A stretch of DNA of 64,000 bases from Eledone cirrhosa (GCA_964016885.1 OZ024741.1:161944001-162008000), one strand, 5' to 3'; shown: positions 25,691 through 38,740, numbered from the stretch's first letter. Numbers and translations: made by a program. Notes: generated by a model from the sequence alone, not told the origin.

Positions 25691-26639
25691 ACCTTCTCTA
25701 TCACTGTCACTACTGTCACTACCACCACTGCTACTACTACTTCTAATACTACTGCTTTTGTTGTTGCTGCTGCTGCTGTAATCTCTAGTCACTGCTATCT
25801 TCATAACAAGCTACCAATATCAACAGCACACTACATTAACTATCATCAGCAGTAGCAGCTCCATCACTATTATCACATAATTACATCACTACTGTCATCA
25901 TCATCATCATCACAACAGCAACAGACTAATTATATCACCAGCCACCTTAAGTTACAGCTACCTTTACAACTACCACCAACACCCGTCTCCTTTATATTAT
26001 TGCTCACTTAGTCATTATCTTTTTCTTCCACCACAATAACCATCATGACTTTCTCCCCCCCCCCCTCCCATTTCGGAATACATCAGCAGAAGCCATATTT
26101 GTAAGACAGGTTTTATTTAGTTCTTTACTATAATGCTCTCCCCCTCCCCTTGCTCTCTCTCAAGCAACAATAGAAACAGCAACAACAATAGCAGAACAAA
26201 AGTATTCTTTCATATAACAACTTGCTAGTAGCTATTTGAATACAAATTCTTGAGACATTACAATAATAAACTTGTTTTGTTCCCCAACCACCATCACCAC
26301 CAGCCTTTTTGCACCACTACCACCATTTTTATATTTCATTTTTTTTCAATTCTAGTTTTTAGTCAAGAAATTAACTGTAAAAATAAGACTTAAAAATTAT
26401 TAATGAGAAGACAAGTCTTTTCTTTATTCAAAAAATATAATTACAAAAATATCTGACAATTTTTAAAAGTCCCTTGTAGAAATATCATGGAACATGAATC
26501 CCTTTGTTACAATATTTCTAATAAGACACAATATATGATTTTCATATAATTATGAAAATAAAAATTTGAAGGGATTTAGTAATATAACTTTCTCATTATT
26601 AATCTAGTGTTTGGAACATAACTTAACTTATATATAATG

Positions 26640-27057
26640 TTCTCCGATTTAGATATAAGGCCAACAATTTTGGAAGAAGGGAAAGTCAATAAATGAACCA
26701 CAGTGCATTACTGGTAGTTTATTTTATCAACCCCAAAAGGATGAAAGGTAAAGCTAACCTTGGTGGAATTTGAACTCCAAACATAAAGGGTTGTAACTAT
26801 ATGCCACAAAGTATGTTGTCCAATGCTATACCAATACTGCCAATCCACCACCCTTCTTATATATAATTGTTTCTACTTTTGGTACAAGGCCAGCAATTAC
26901 CCCAATGCATTACTGGTGCTTTATTTTATTGACCCCTATAAGGATAAACAGCAAAGCTAACCTCAGTGGGATTTGAACCCAGAATGTAAAGGGTCATAAC
27001 TCTATGTTGCAAAGCAGGGTGTCTGATGCTCTACTGATATTGCCAATCCACCGCCCT
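26640..27057 (-). mobile_element. Two tandem family B SINEs
   Basis: Reverse complements of the 22850 copy at about 26640-26853 and 26868-27057, separated and flanked by ttatatataat. Confidence 0.9.
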
Positions 27058-27584
27058 TTTTATATATAATGAAAGGTTTAGTATCATATGGCGGCTTCAG
27101 GTGGATTGTTTTTCTTCTTGATAAAGTATCGCAATCTTAAACATAAAACTCTTCTCTGATTTTTCCTTACAGCGTCAAATTAATTACCTTTTAATCCTCT
27201 TTTCGTTTTTATTTTCTTTGTTCTTGAAATATTTTAGGATATATAGACAATGGTTATTGTTGCTTAACCCACATGTCAGTCCTGATCTAGCAGATACTTA
27301 TGATTGAATGCCTCCGAGCCTTCACTAATTTATCTTCTTAGAACAACATAATCTAATGTATTTTTCATTTTTTATATTAAAAAAAAATCATTTGGATGAG
27401 ATTTGAATGAGATTTATCTTTCTAATACAGTAGGGCAGAGCTTTCCGAACTTTTCACACTGGCAATTATGTGAGCAACATAAAATTATCAATCTTAAGAG
27501 TGTGTTGTAGTTTGCTTGAAGCAAAGTTTAGAAATATAGTGTTTTATTAGTAGACTAAAGCAATGCAAATGGGACATCTTATTC

Positions 27585-27810
27585 TTCATCACCCACTTAT
27601 TCCTGAGAGGGTCATGGGGGCAGAGTCCTCAAACACTCCTTCCAGTGGGTCCTGTCAGAAGCAACCGTCTCCAACTGATCCGGCTGAACCCCCAGGCATG
27701 ACCAGCCAAGCTCATGGATGTTATCCAACCATCTTACTGGTTGATTTTGCCTGTAAAATCTGTCCAGTGATTCTGTCCTGGCAAATGACCACGTTCCTCG
27801 GGACCTGCTG
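27585..27810 (-). mobile_element. 3' fragment of an Expander/Rex3-like RTE
   Basis: Reverse complement matches 55730-55945. Confidence 0.75.
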
Positions 27811-29309
27811 TTAAAGGCTATGCAAATGGGACATTGAATGTTAAAAATAATAACAAAAGTGTTGGAATGTTACCTTGGAATTGTTTAATATGACTATTAA
27901 ACTACTCCAAGGTAACATAAAAAATCTTTATCATTAATTTTAACATTTAATGTCCTATTTACATTGCTTTAGCGGCTAAAGCAATGCAAATAGGACATCA
28001 AATGTTAAAATTAATGATAAAGATTAATGATAAAGTTTAGCCTTCTAATGAAACACTATTTTCTTAACAAACACTTATTGCTATTTGTATCAGCTATACC
28101 CCTATATCACTTCTGCACCACCCCCATAACACATTCACCCTCTGCCATGCAACCATGTAGCAAATGTGATTATTTTCCCCCAGTTGAAGAGGGCTTTTCA
28201 GTCGAGTTACAATAAAATGTACCCAGTATACTCTGTAATGTGATTGATGTCGGAAAGGACACCTAGCCATAGAAATCATACCAAAAATGTGTCACACCAA
28301 AGACATGGCAACCTTTCTAGTGTTAGTGTCAAGAGAAAATGTATCCAGTACACTTGGTGTTAGGAAGGATATCCAGTCATAGAAATCAAGCCAAATAAAG
28401 AGTTGGGAGGACTCTTAGTTGTGCCAAGGACATGTCAGCCTCCTTACTGTTCGTACCACAATTGAAGGTGTCCAGTGCACTCTGTAGAGTGGTTGTTAAG
28501 AAGGACATCCAGCAGTAGAAATCATGCCAAAACCAAAACATAAGAATGATGTTTGTTGCTATTACCATAATTCTCATGAAGGATACAATCTTTGATTTCA
28601 AATGGTGAGGGGGTATTGTAGAACCAAGAGTGGGTGGGAGGAGTGGGGTTAGACTGTTTGGTATTAAAAAGGTTAAGTGTAGTGTTGGTCATGAAGGTAC
28701 TTTGACCAAGTGGGAGTGTGTGTGGGTGAAGAGAGGAAACTGCTGTCTGCTTGCAACAGGAAGGAAGCGGAGAGATTTACTGACACTATAATTAGGGGAG
28801 GCATTGGGTGGGAGGAAGTAGTGGAGTTTGCCACTTGTTAAATGATTAAGTGAGAGAAGACTTTAATTTTTATTTTATTATTGGTTTCGTGGAAATGGGT
28901 TTGTCAGATAATTATGACCCCAGTGCTTATTTGATCCATCTATATTTATCAATTGGCAAAGTTACCTTTGGATTTGAAGGGATGTAACATGAAATTCCAA
29001 TGCACACTGTTGTACACACCCCCTCTTTGACACATGCAGTTGTCATCATCATCACAGGTTGAAGGGGTCACACAACCTCATCAATCATCTGTGGTCCTTT
29101 GTCTCTTGGCACACACAGCAATAGAGCCCCCTTCCCCATCTAAGTAATTGTTTTTTTTTACTGGATGCCTTTCCTACCAGCAACTAGCTTGTGTGTATCC
29201 AGGTTTTTAGAATAGGTACATCTGACTGTTAAATACTGTCTTAAAACATCCCACCCAACCCATGCCAGCATGGAGTTAAAAATGATTATATATATATATA
29301 TATATATAT

Positions 29310-29693
29310 GACGGCACATGGCTTAGTGGTTAGAGCATTGGCCTTGCAATCGAAAGGTTGTGAGTTCAATTCTCAGACCGGGTGATGTGTTGTGTCCTTG
29401 AGCAAGACACTTTATTTCACATTGCTCCAGTTTACTCAGCTGTAGAAATGAGATGATAGGGACTGGGGTCCATATCATTCCACTGCAAAGTGGTCGTAGA
29501 GGTGCCTCGGCAAAAAAAGCACCCAGCCCACACTGTAAAGTGGACGTGTAGGCGCCACGGAAAAAAAAGCACCCAGTACTCACTGTAAATGAGGTTGGTG
29601 TTAGGAAGGGCATCCAACTGTAGAAATCAAGCCAGTATCAGTTCCCGTCCCACCCTTGCAAGTAGGGAAAAGCAGACGTAAAATGATGATGAT
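29310..29693 (+). mobile_element. SINE family A, full length (tRNA-like head, CORE-like middle, RTE-derived tail)
   Basis: A box tggcttagtgg, loop cttgcaa, B box gagttcaattc; gtccttgagcaagacactt; tail ending (atg)n. Confidence 0.95.
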
Positions 29694-30001
29694 ATAGATA
29701 CAGGTGGGTGAAGAAGTTATTACAGCTCAAAATATGAAATTTATTACAGTAAACTACTCAGAAGGCTAACTAGAAGATTTACTTAAATATTACATTGAAA
29801 ATAATACTAAATACTGCTAATTATATTATATTTTAATTAACACATGTTTCTTCCATCTCACAAGACAGACAATTAATTATATGATCCAATAATTGGACTT
29901 AATGAAAAATACAAGAAACATTATTACCTCTACAATTCATTTTGTGTATGTGTTTACGTAACCGGTAAACTGTTTACATTTGAATCTAACCTGTATACAT
30001 A

Positions 30002-32002
30002 CAGGAGTCCCCTTCATAATGGAAATGTTACATTCCTGAAAATTTTGCCATAATGCAGAATTCCATAATGTGAAATCTATTTTCCCATTGATTTTCATGC
30101 TATAAAGTGAGATGTGTTCCAAAGGAATGTTTTTTTAAAATCAAGCAATACTTTTGTACATGTAGAGAACAATTTTTAAAGATACACAGTACAATATGTA
30201 TACATAGAAACACTTGAAGAGAAATGCACTAGAGAATAAATAAGAATTGTAACAAGGTTTGTTCTTACCACAAAAGATGTTGACTGGTGTATGAGGGGAG
30301 GTGGTAGAGTGAAAGGTACTGGGAGGATGAGGGGTGCTATTTTCTATCATATAGTTCACCATCATCTGCTAGAAACATGAAGAACTTATACAAAGTTGTT
30401 TGACGTTTATGGCGCATCATCACTTAGTACAGCTTAATGTACTTTTTATGTTACATTCATGGTTAATATTGTCAACAGCAAAAACCTTATAAACCTTTCT
30501 CTGTAAGTGCCAACCTTTTAACAATATTCTTGCAGTCAATTTAAGTGGAATTAGTAGAAGTTCTGTATTCTCTTCTTGCCATGTAGCTTGCTCTTATTCT
30601 AATAGCATCAGCTCCTCATTAGATAAACTTTCTTGATGGAACTTTAGCAACTTAACCACATCATTCTCTAATTCTTCAAATTCTACACCATTTGCCAATG
30701 TCACAATATCTTTCTGAATTTGATATAGACTTTCTGCTTGTGAAAAAATTATAAAAGATATAGTCTGACCATATATTTTTACAAGCACCATTCATAGCCA
30801 AGAGTTTTATTTCAGCTATGTTATTCACAGCATCCATAATGTTTAAGTTTTACCAAAAGTCTCTAACTGTAGGTTTATCCTCCCTGTCATTGCTTCATCT
30901 ATTGTTTAAAAGTTCTTCTAAGACTATATGCCTTGAAGTTAACTAGCACACCTTGATCTTTTGGCTGGAGCAAATTAGTTGTATTCTTGAGAATACATTC
31001 TACTCTCATATTACCAGAAAGCTCTTTTTAAGTTCACTGGGTGGCTTGATGTATTGTCTAAAAGCAACAGTGCATACCTTCAACAACAGAATGAAAAGTG
31101 TTTGTAAACTATGCTTCGAAAAGCCATCCATGACTTCTTATTTGATTGCCAAATTAGAGGTAGATTAAAGTTTGCATAACCCTTGAAAGTCTTAGGGCTT
31201 TTAATTTCATAGCTCAAGCAACATTTCTTCTCAGGAGTGTCAAACGATTTTTAAAAGCTTTAAATCCTGGTGTTGCCTTTTCTTCCTGAGAAATAAAAGT
31301 TTTAGCAGGTGTGCATTTTTATCGACTTGTTCTGGTGTGTAGCTCCTTCAACAATCATTTCCTTCAGTTCTTCAAGATAATTAGTAGCAACCTTTATATC
31401 ACCACTGATAGTTTAATGTGCAAATTTAAGCGCTTCTTAAAACTCGTCAAAAGGTTTTCATTAGAAATTTCACTTTTCTTTTTCTGAAAATTATTATGCA
31501 AACTTTTAGCTTTTGCTTGAATATCAGCATATGTTGAATTTGATAATTGATCCATACACCCAGAGGCTGTTCCATTTTAAGCACCACATTTAGATTTGTG
31601 GAAACCTAATTTGCAAGCATCTAACAGGGTAGCCACTTGACTTAATTTTCTCTATATTGTCATGTATTGTTCCCACTGTAGACATTGATGTTTGACAATG
31701 TCACTGATTTTTTTCTCCTTCATCAAGCCTTTTTAAAAAAGAAAACTTCAAGTTTAACTTCTAGTGTAATCCTTTTATGCCTCCTTTCACACTGCTGCCT
31801 TCACTTCTTTCCAGACTTTTGTAACAGTATGTATTGTGGGTAAATCTAATTGTGGTGACATTCAACACTTATCCACAACAAATATGTAGTAAAATAGCAC
31901 CAGGGAAGGATTGTTTTGTGAGAATAAAAAAAATCATTCTCTTAGTCATTCTTATTGAAAATATGAAAATGAAATGGAGTTGTGAGGTGGGAATAAGTAC
32001 TG
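30002..32002 (-). mobile_element. Tigger/pogo (TIGD1-like) DNA transposon relic
   Basis: TA-CAG ... CTG-TA ends; minus-strand KRITLEVKLEV (CENP-B-type HTH), IQAKAKSLH, FISQEEKATPGFKAFKNRLTLL and ESLSNEELMLLE. Confidence 0.88.
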
Positions 32003-32129
32003 TACGATTGGAGTTAGTTGCAGGTTTACCACGTTTCTGAAATTGTTTTTGTTTTTTTTCAACTTGGGTGGCATTAAATATTATTTGGGCTTTTATTATT
32101 AAAATTATAAAATATCTAAACTCATAAAT

Positions 32130-32455
32130 TGATTCTGGCTTGATTTCTACAGCTGGATGCCCTTCCTAACACCAACCTCATTTACAGTGAGTGCTGGGTG
32201 CTTTTTTTCCGTGGCGCCTACATGTCCACTTTACAGTGTGGGCTGGGTGCTTTTTTGTCATGGCACCTCCACAACCACTTTGCAGTGGAATGATAGGGAC
32301 TCCCAGTCACTATCATCTCATTTCTACAGCTGAGTGAACTGGAGCAATGTGAAATTGTCTTGCTCAAGGAAACAACACATCACCTGGTCTGAGAATTGAA
32401 CTCACAACCTTTTGATTGCAAGCCCAATGCTCTAACCACTAAGCCATGTGCCTCC
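32130..32455 (-). mobile_element. SINE family A (extreme 3' end missing)
   Basis: Reverse complement of 29310-29640. Confidence 0.93.
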
Positions 32456-33169
32456 AGATATATATATAAAAAAAAAATCTTTTCAGATAACATATTGATG
32501 ATGTGAAAAAGGACCATTGCCCCACCCTCGACCTCTGACTACACACTTATATTGACATACATATGTTGCTACAACCACATTATCTTAGATACTGTTTATT
32601 ATTGCTATTTTCATGGTCATTCAAAAGTTAGTTGGTTGACAGTGGTGATGGGAGAGGGGTATTGGGGATGGCAGTGGTCATGTCATTGTTTTTTAGTTTC
32701 AGGTCAATCCTCATTGAGTAGACCCAGGATCAAATATATTTCAGTCAACTTTTAAGACACTCTAGGATGCCATGGTTTCTATTTTACAATGGAGTTGTTT
32801 ATCTTGTTCATACTATTGTTGCTGTTGTTTGTAATTAGGGCATTAATGGGTTATTGGTGGTGGTGGAAGTTGATTTTGACAATTGTCTATGACTATTAAG
32901 CAACTGCCTTCCTTCCTACTCTTGGTTCTTTTCATGTGATTTCATACAAGCACACATATAACACTCACATATATAAATACATGTATATATTCACATATAT
33001 AAATACATTTATATATGTGGTATGTATTCATTCATTGTGGTCCAATGAAATCTACAAATCTTCAACTCACTGTAAGTATTTATAGTTATGCATGCATAAA
33101 TATTTGCATATGTTCAGCATGGCCAACTCCCTTATAACATTCCCACTCAAGTCCCAAGATATGGTTCCG

Positions 33170-33630
33170 CTATGAGCAGAGTATGGTGCGGCCAACTGGC
33201 CAGACCCTTCTCATAATGGGACCACCCAGTTCCACACTGTAAATGTGGTTGCTGATAGGAAGGACATGTTGCAGCCATAAACACCCAGCCAAGGCACAGT
33301 CCCATATGAGCAAGGTACGGCGTGGCCAACTGGCCAGACTTACTTCATAAGTGTGACCACCCAGTCACACACAGTAAATGTGTTAGGAAAGGCATCAGCA
33401 GCGATAAAGATCCTCAGCCAAAACACAGGCCCCACTATGAGCAAGGTCCAACGTGACCAACTGGCCAGATCTACCTCATTACAAGTTCACCTAGCTACAA
33501 ATTACGGATCTGCTTATGAGCAGGGTATGGCGTAGCAATTTGGCCAGATCCCTCTCATAACGAGACCACCCAGTTCCACACTGTAAGCATGGTTGGTGTT
33601 AGGAAGGTAATACAGCTGTAAATACCTGGC
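33170..33630 (+). repeat. Degenerate tandem array of about 130-bp units (4 units) derived from RTE/SINE 3'UTR sequence
   Basis: tatgagca..ggccaactggccaga..ctcata..ccacccagt..taggaagg starts at about 33171, 33305, 33437 and 33515; the third unit is shorter. Confidence 0.75.
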
Positions 33631-33889
33631 TAATATAATGCTATAGTTTAAATACACCCAGTTTACTGAGGCATCCAGCCATAGAAACCATGCCAAAATA
33701 GAATATGTCTGAGCAAGACATTGTCCCCCAACCCATCTAAGAGGACACAAGCTACATTTAAGTGCTGACTTGGTCTGTTATGACCCATTCATTCCAGGCC
33801 AGTTTGGAAAAGTGTTTGTAAAACAATGATAATATATAAATAGGTTCTGCATATATTGTCTTCCTTTTCTTTTTTTTTTTATTGTATAG

Positions 33890-33937
33890 TCGGGAGGGAT
33901 TTGTCAGCAGTGTCTACAACACTGTTCAGGACTTTAA
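33890..33937 (+). CDS. Candidate terminal coding exon (phase 0: SGGICQQCLQHCSGL*; alternative frame REGFVSSVYNTVQDFKLVEVRGGDILKLKI* ending at 33983)
   Basis: Long polypyrimidine tract followed by tag acceptor; unique sequence of higher GC follows; phase 0 is compatible with exon 19673-19726. Confidence 0.45.
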   Translation, partial: SGGICQQCLQHCSGL

Positions 33938-35764
33938 ACTGGTAGAAGTGAGGGGAGGCGATATCCTCAAACTGAAGATCTAGCCTGAATGCTTACAACA
34001 GAGTGAACTCTGCTAAAGTCATGAAAGTGCTATGTGGTGGTGTTCAACTGGACAGTGTATTGAATTTGCCACCCAAGCAGCCTACAGCAAGATCTGAACT
34101 AAGAATGTTACGAGCCAGAACATATATCATAATGCATTACATACAATGGTTAACAATTCCATCAATCCAGAACAGATACTTTATTTTATTGACCCCAAAA
34201 GAATGAAAGGCAAAATTTAACCTGTGCATTTTCTAAAAGCATTTTATTTAATGTATCATAGGTCCTATGTGTTTGTTCATGTGTTATTGTTGAGTCTTAA
34301 GTAAACTCATTGGCAGCCTCTGTGTAGTTGCTTAACCTGATAGAAATAGCTGCAAAGTCTTCCTCAAACAACACCCTACTATCAATTAAAAAAAAAAAAG
34401 TGAAGAACACAATGGATAACGAAGTCATCAATACACTCTGAATATAATTGACAAGATAGTCAAGACTGGACTGACATGGTCTTAACATCAATTATAGCCG
34501 GATAAAGGGACAAAGTTAACCCACCACCACCACTCATAGAACATTAGTCACCTAGAATCTGAATAGAAAAAAAAAAACATTTGCCTTTAGTGTCATACTA
34601 TGGGACTGAACCCAGAACAACATGATTTTCAAGTGAACCTGTTAACAACATGGCTATACCAGTTTGAAGGGGTTTATATTTAGAAGGAATATTGGTTGAG
34701 ACAGTTAACACCTCTTATTTAGTCTTTTTTAAAGTTCACTAGAAAGGAAGAGGTGTTAAAGAAGGAATAGTTATAAAGAGAGTATGAGGGGTTTTGATAG
34801 AAGTAGTTAAAAAGATTATAGTAGTGGGATAAGTAAGAAAGTTAAACAAAAGGAATAAAGATGTCAACAAAAGTAGGTAGAGAAAAAAGCTTGAGAGCTG
34901 TTGATGTTGAGTGAGGACTAACAGGTAAGGTGCCTGTGTGGTAACAGTGATAGTGGTGAAGGGAAACTTAATTATACCTTTCCTACATTTAGATTAGATT
35001 AAGGACTAAATATGTCACTTCCCCCTCAGGAGACAATTTATCAGAGATAAAGTCAAGTGGAGGTAGTAGTATAGCAATATGTGTGTGTATATTATCTCTT
35101 TGTATTTGTATGTGTACATGAGTACCTCTTAACCCCTTTAGCATACTGTTGTATATATGTGTATCCACCATTTATCTTAGTGTGTGTCTATGTCCTATGT
35201 CCATTCTCCATTAAACTCTTAATATGACTCCTGCTTGTATGTGTCTATCTTACTCAGTCTAGCAAACAGATATATGTGTCACCTATTCAGCGACAGGTAG
35301 ATGTGTGCCTACATGTGTCCTTAAAACCTTTCCTCCCAAACCGACAGCTACGTGTGCATGCATATTCTCTAGAAATCTCAGCCTTCACCCACCCATAATA
35401 TACTTGTATATATGTGGATCATACATTATACCTTACTATTTTTCCCCACAGACAGCATTTGTGACCAACCAACTCAGATGGTAAAAAAACAAATGAATGG
35501 AACATGCCCAATTTGTCATATTGCACTTTATACAGCAAGGCCAAACCCTGAGACAGCATAGTATGTCCTGATTATCACATCGCATTCTACACAATATACA
35601 TAGCCATTACATAGGACATTACAAACCATTGCCCAAAATGTGACATTACATATACTAAGTTTGCCATACTATACACCACATCATATAATTATCTAAAATA
35701 GCTATACTAAGACATCTACACTGCACACCACATTAAAAGCCTTCTCCTGAACCACAAATGCTAA

Positions 35765-36460
35765 GTCTACTGGCCTACTCTTAGCCAAGTACTTCTGCAG
35801 TTGTTTCATCAGAAAAAGGGTATAGGTAATACTCCTACTTGGCATAAAAACCAAACTGTATCTCATCTAGCTTGACTCTGTTCCTAATTAGTTGTGCTAT
35901 AACACTTTTGAGTAACTTTCATGACCTTGTCCATTGATTTGATGAGTCTGTAATTTTCTCTCTCTAATGTGTTTCTTTGCTCTTGTGACAGTTTACAATG
36001 ATATTGCTGTGCCAAATGTTGGGTATGGCACCATCCTATGTTACTTGATTGCTTATATGTCTGAATATGAATAACTCATAACCTAGCATTTTGGTAACTA
36101 TACCAGCTACTTTCGTTAACTTTCATATCCTTAATCGCTATGTCTATTACACTGCTGTCAATTTTTATGGTTGGTCTCTCAATTGGCTACATGGGGTAGG
36201 CCTTCGCACTCTCATTATTTTTGTTTAACTGTCTCTTATAGTAGGATTTCCATTCTTCTTTCTTTTCAGCATCAGTCAGAGCAAGTGCTTTACTATCATT
36301 TCGGTCATACTTTTCCCCAACCACATCTTGATTATCACTAGCACACTCTTTCACAATCTGGAACCATTCATGGCAAAGAATATTTTTTTCTGCTTCTTCC
36401 CATGTTATCTGTACCTGACCCCTAGTTTTTCTTCTAGCTATATAGAGTAGCCAATTTAGG
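35765..36460 (-). mobile_element. Degenerate RTE fragment
   Basis: ORF 36187-36522 DVVGEK..LALTDAEKKEEWKSYY; QLQKYLAKS on the minus strand. Confidence 0.85.
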
Positions 36461-37559
36461 TCTCCTTGTGTTGGAGGATATGTATGTACACAAATACAGA
36501 AGCACATGCAACATCTACACACAGAAGAGCATAATAGAATTGTCTTTACAAGATAGGTTTTGGAGAAAGGAAGGTAGTGGCTTGCTTTTGTTCACTTGGT
36601 ATTTGAAAAACGAAATTGAAGGATTGTTCTAAAAGTCATCTCTTTTAGAAGACTAAACGCCAAAATTCAATTCTCAGAGACAAAAAATTCTTATGAGAAG
36701 AATAACCATCTCAAATTGCTTAATTATGTTTTGGTGTTTAGTCTTCCAAAATAGATGGCTTTTAGAACAATCCTTCAATTTCGTTTTTCAAATATCAAGT
36801 GAACAAAAGCAATCCACTAGAAGACCCCCCCCCCCCACCACCACCACTAAAGACAAAGAATCTCATTTGAAGGAGACACCAGGGAACATTTTATCTTGGC
36901 ACTAGTGCTAGGGAGCTTGTCATGTCTTTGACACAATTGAAAAGTTTTCCCAACTCTTTGTTTAGCAAGTTTACTCCAGTTGGATGCCCTTCCTATCACT
37001 AACCACTTTAGTGTGAGACTAGAGATTGTTGTGTCCTTGACACAACTGTTGAGTCCCTCTCAACTCTCTTTTGGCATGGTTTCTGCAGTTAGATACACTT
37101 CCTATCATCAATAGAATTCATTTAAATAATTACAACTTATTTGCATATTTTCAGTCAACAGTATCAATCATATATCCATTAAATTATGATGGCTTTCTTC
37201 TACCTTCTATCTTCGGACTGCTATTGGGATTTGCGCTTTGTTGTTCATGTCCAAATACATTTATGTTGGTAAATATAGATAAATAAGTAGCTATAGATCG
37301 AGAGACAGATGTAAATAAATAAATAGCTATAGATCGACACACAATCTTTTTAAGTTTCTGAAAACACAAACACATCCTTTCTGCAACCCCCTCTCGTATA
37401 GTAGATAGATAGATAGATAGGTTTATGTTGTTTTTTTTAATTTGATCCGATCTCCCATATATATATATAGATATATATGTATGAATATATGCATGTCTGT
37501 ATGTATGAATATATGTTGAGGGCAAAAACAAACCAGTGTTTAATTTTTAATGCAGACTT

Positions 37560-38296
37560 TATTTTTGTGTACTCACGACTTCCTGTTGCGCAACGTGGTT
37601 AAGACATGACATTCGAGTTTTATTATATAGATAGCAAAACTTGCACAGCGAGGTCAAACCTATACACACAACACAAAAACACATCAATGTTACTACTTCA
37701 GCCGCCCACCATAGATAAAAGTAATAATCCAGTTTCGATTTAAGCCATAGTTAACCTATATCTGAATCGGTAGCTAAAAGAGTTCTAGCTACCAATGAAT
37801 ATACAAAATACAACTGACTTTAGACGGAGTGGAATAGATAGGCTGCTAAAGAGACTAGCAAACTTGACAAAAAAATTGTGTTGCAATATGTAAATACGAA
37901 TAAGTTTTTGGAGCGAGACAGTAAGGCAGGTATTAAGGAAAATATAAAGGGTTTTGTGACCAGGCATAGAACGGAAAAATAGATTGAGTACAGAAATATC
38001 AGCGATGTGAGTAGAAGGGCAGTTGGTCAGAGGAAGTATATAGGACTGGGAGGAAAGGATAGAAAGAAGGCAGAAATGAGAGAGAGAGAGAGAGAGAGAG
38101 AACAGGGCGGAAAAAAAAAAAAAAAGTCGCAAATAGTAAATTGTAAACAATCCATTATGAACCAAGTACTGCGTGCGTTCTCGTTCAAAAACTAAAATTA
38201 ACACAAGGACAAAAATATATGTAAAGGTACACAGAAAAACAATGTTCGCCATTTCAGCCACCCACCATACGTCATGTATGTACGTGTGTGTGTGTG

Positions 38297-38339
<43 letters not shown>

Positions 38340-38650
38340 GGAAAAAATGAAACGAAATTTCATTTCCCACTCTTAGTACGGCCGTTACTTAAATATAACT
38401 ATGTACACGTACATACGTATATGTATACAGACGTACAGTAGTATGTATATATATATACATACATGCACACACATATATATGTACGTATGGATTCACCGAA
38501 CATTTATTATAATGCTCGGTGTGTTTGTAAACAAACATCCCGTATTAAGCCGTAGTGTCCAGCAATCATCGCTGCTCGTTTGTTCAACACTGACACAGGA
38601 ACGCTGTACTAGTTTCAAGCTTATTAGCTATCGTCAGCAACGTATACCTT
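37560..38650. promoter_or_regulatory. CpG-rich unique region: candidate, possibly bidirectional, promoter with first exons
   Basis: CpG excess by eye in non-TE DNA; CGCCATTT (YY1-like, 38247), TACGTCA (CRE-like, 38268), ACTTCCTG (ETS-like, 37578); GTGAGT donors on the minus strand at 37576 and the plus strand at 38007. Confidence 0.5.
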
Positions 38651-38702
38651 CCTGCCAGATATATACATACTACTGTACCTCTGTATACATATATGTATGT
38701 AC

Positions 38703-38740
<38 letters not shown>

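Noticed and set aside
23625-25781. 718-aa His/Tyr/Gln/Pro/Leu-rich ORF as a real gene
   Set aside because: It is the translation of a G-free 60-bp repeat in which only TAA can stop a frame. A second frame is also open, and there is no signal peptide or unique domain.
29310-29385. tRNA gene (also at 11140-11211, 32385-32455 and 41995-42065)
   Set aside because: A and B boxes are present, but the acceptor and anticodon stems do not pair and the sequence continues as a SINE body.
30002-32002. Domesticated TIGD/CENP-B gene; likewise SETMAR for the mariner relics and host PIF1 for 40305-40495
   Set aside because: Multiple stops, frameshifts or deletions, and retained transposon termini.
35452-35480. 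Possible 29-bp exon (ttttccccacag...ATG|gtaaaa)
   Set aside because: Weak donor, not frame-preserving, and no supporting context.
37785-38363. 192-aa hydrophobic ORF
   Set aside because: It runs through (TA)n, (CT)n and poly-T tracts with no recognisable domain; more likely UTR or promoter sequence.
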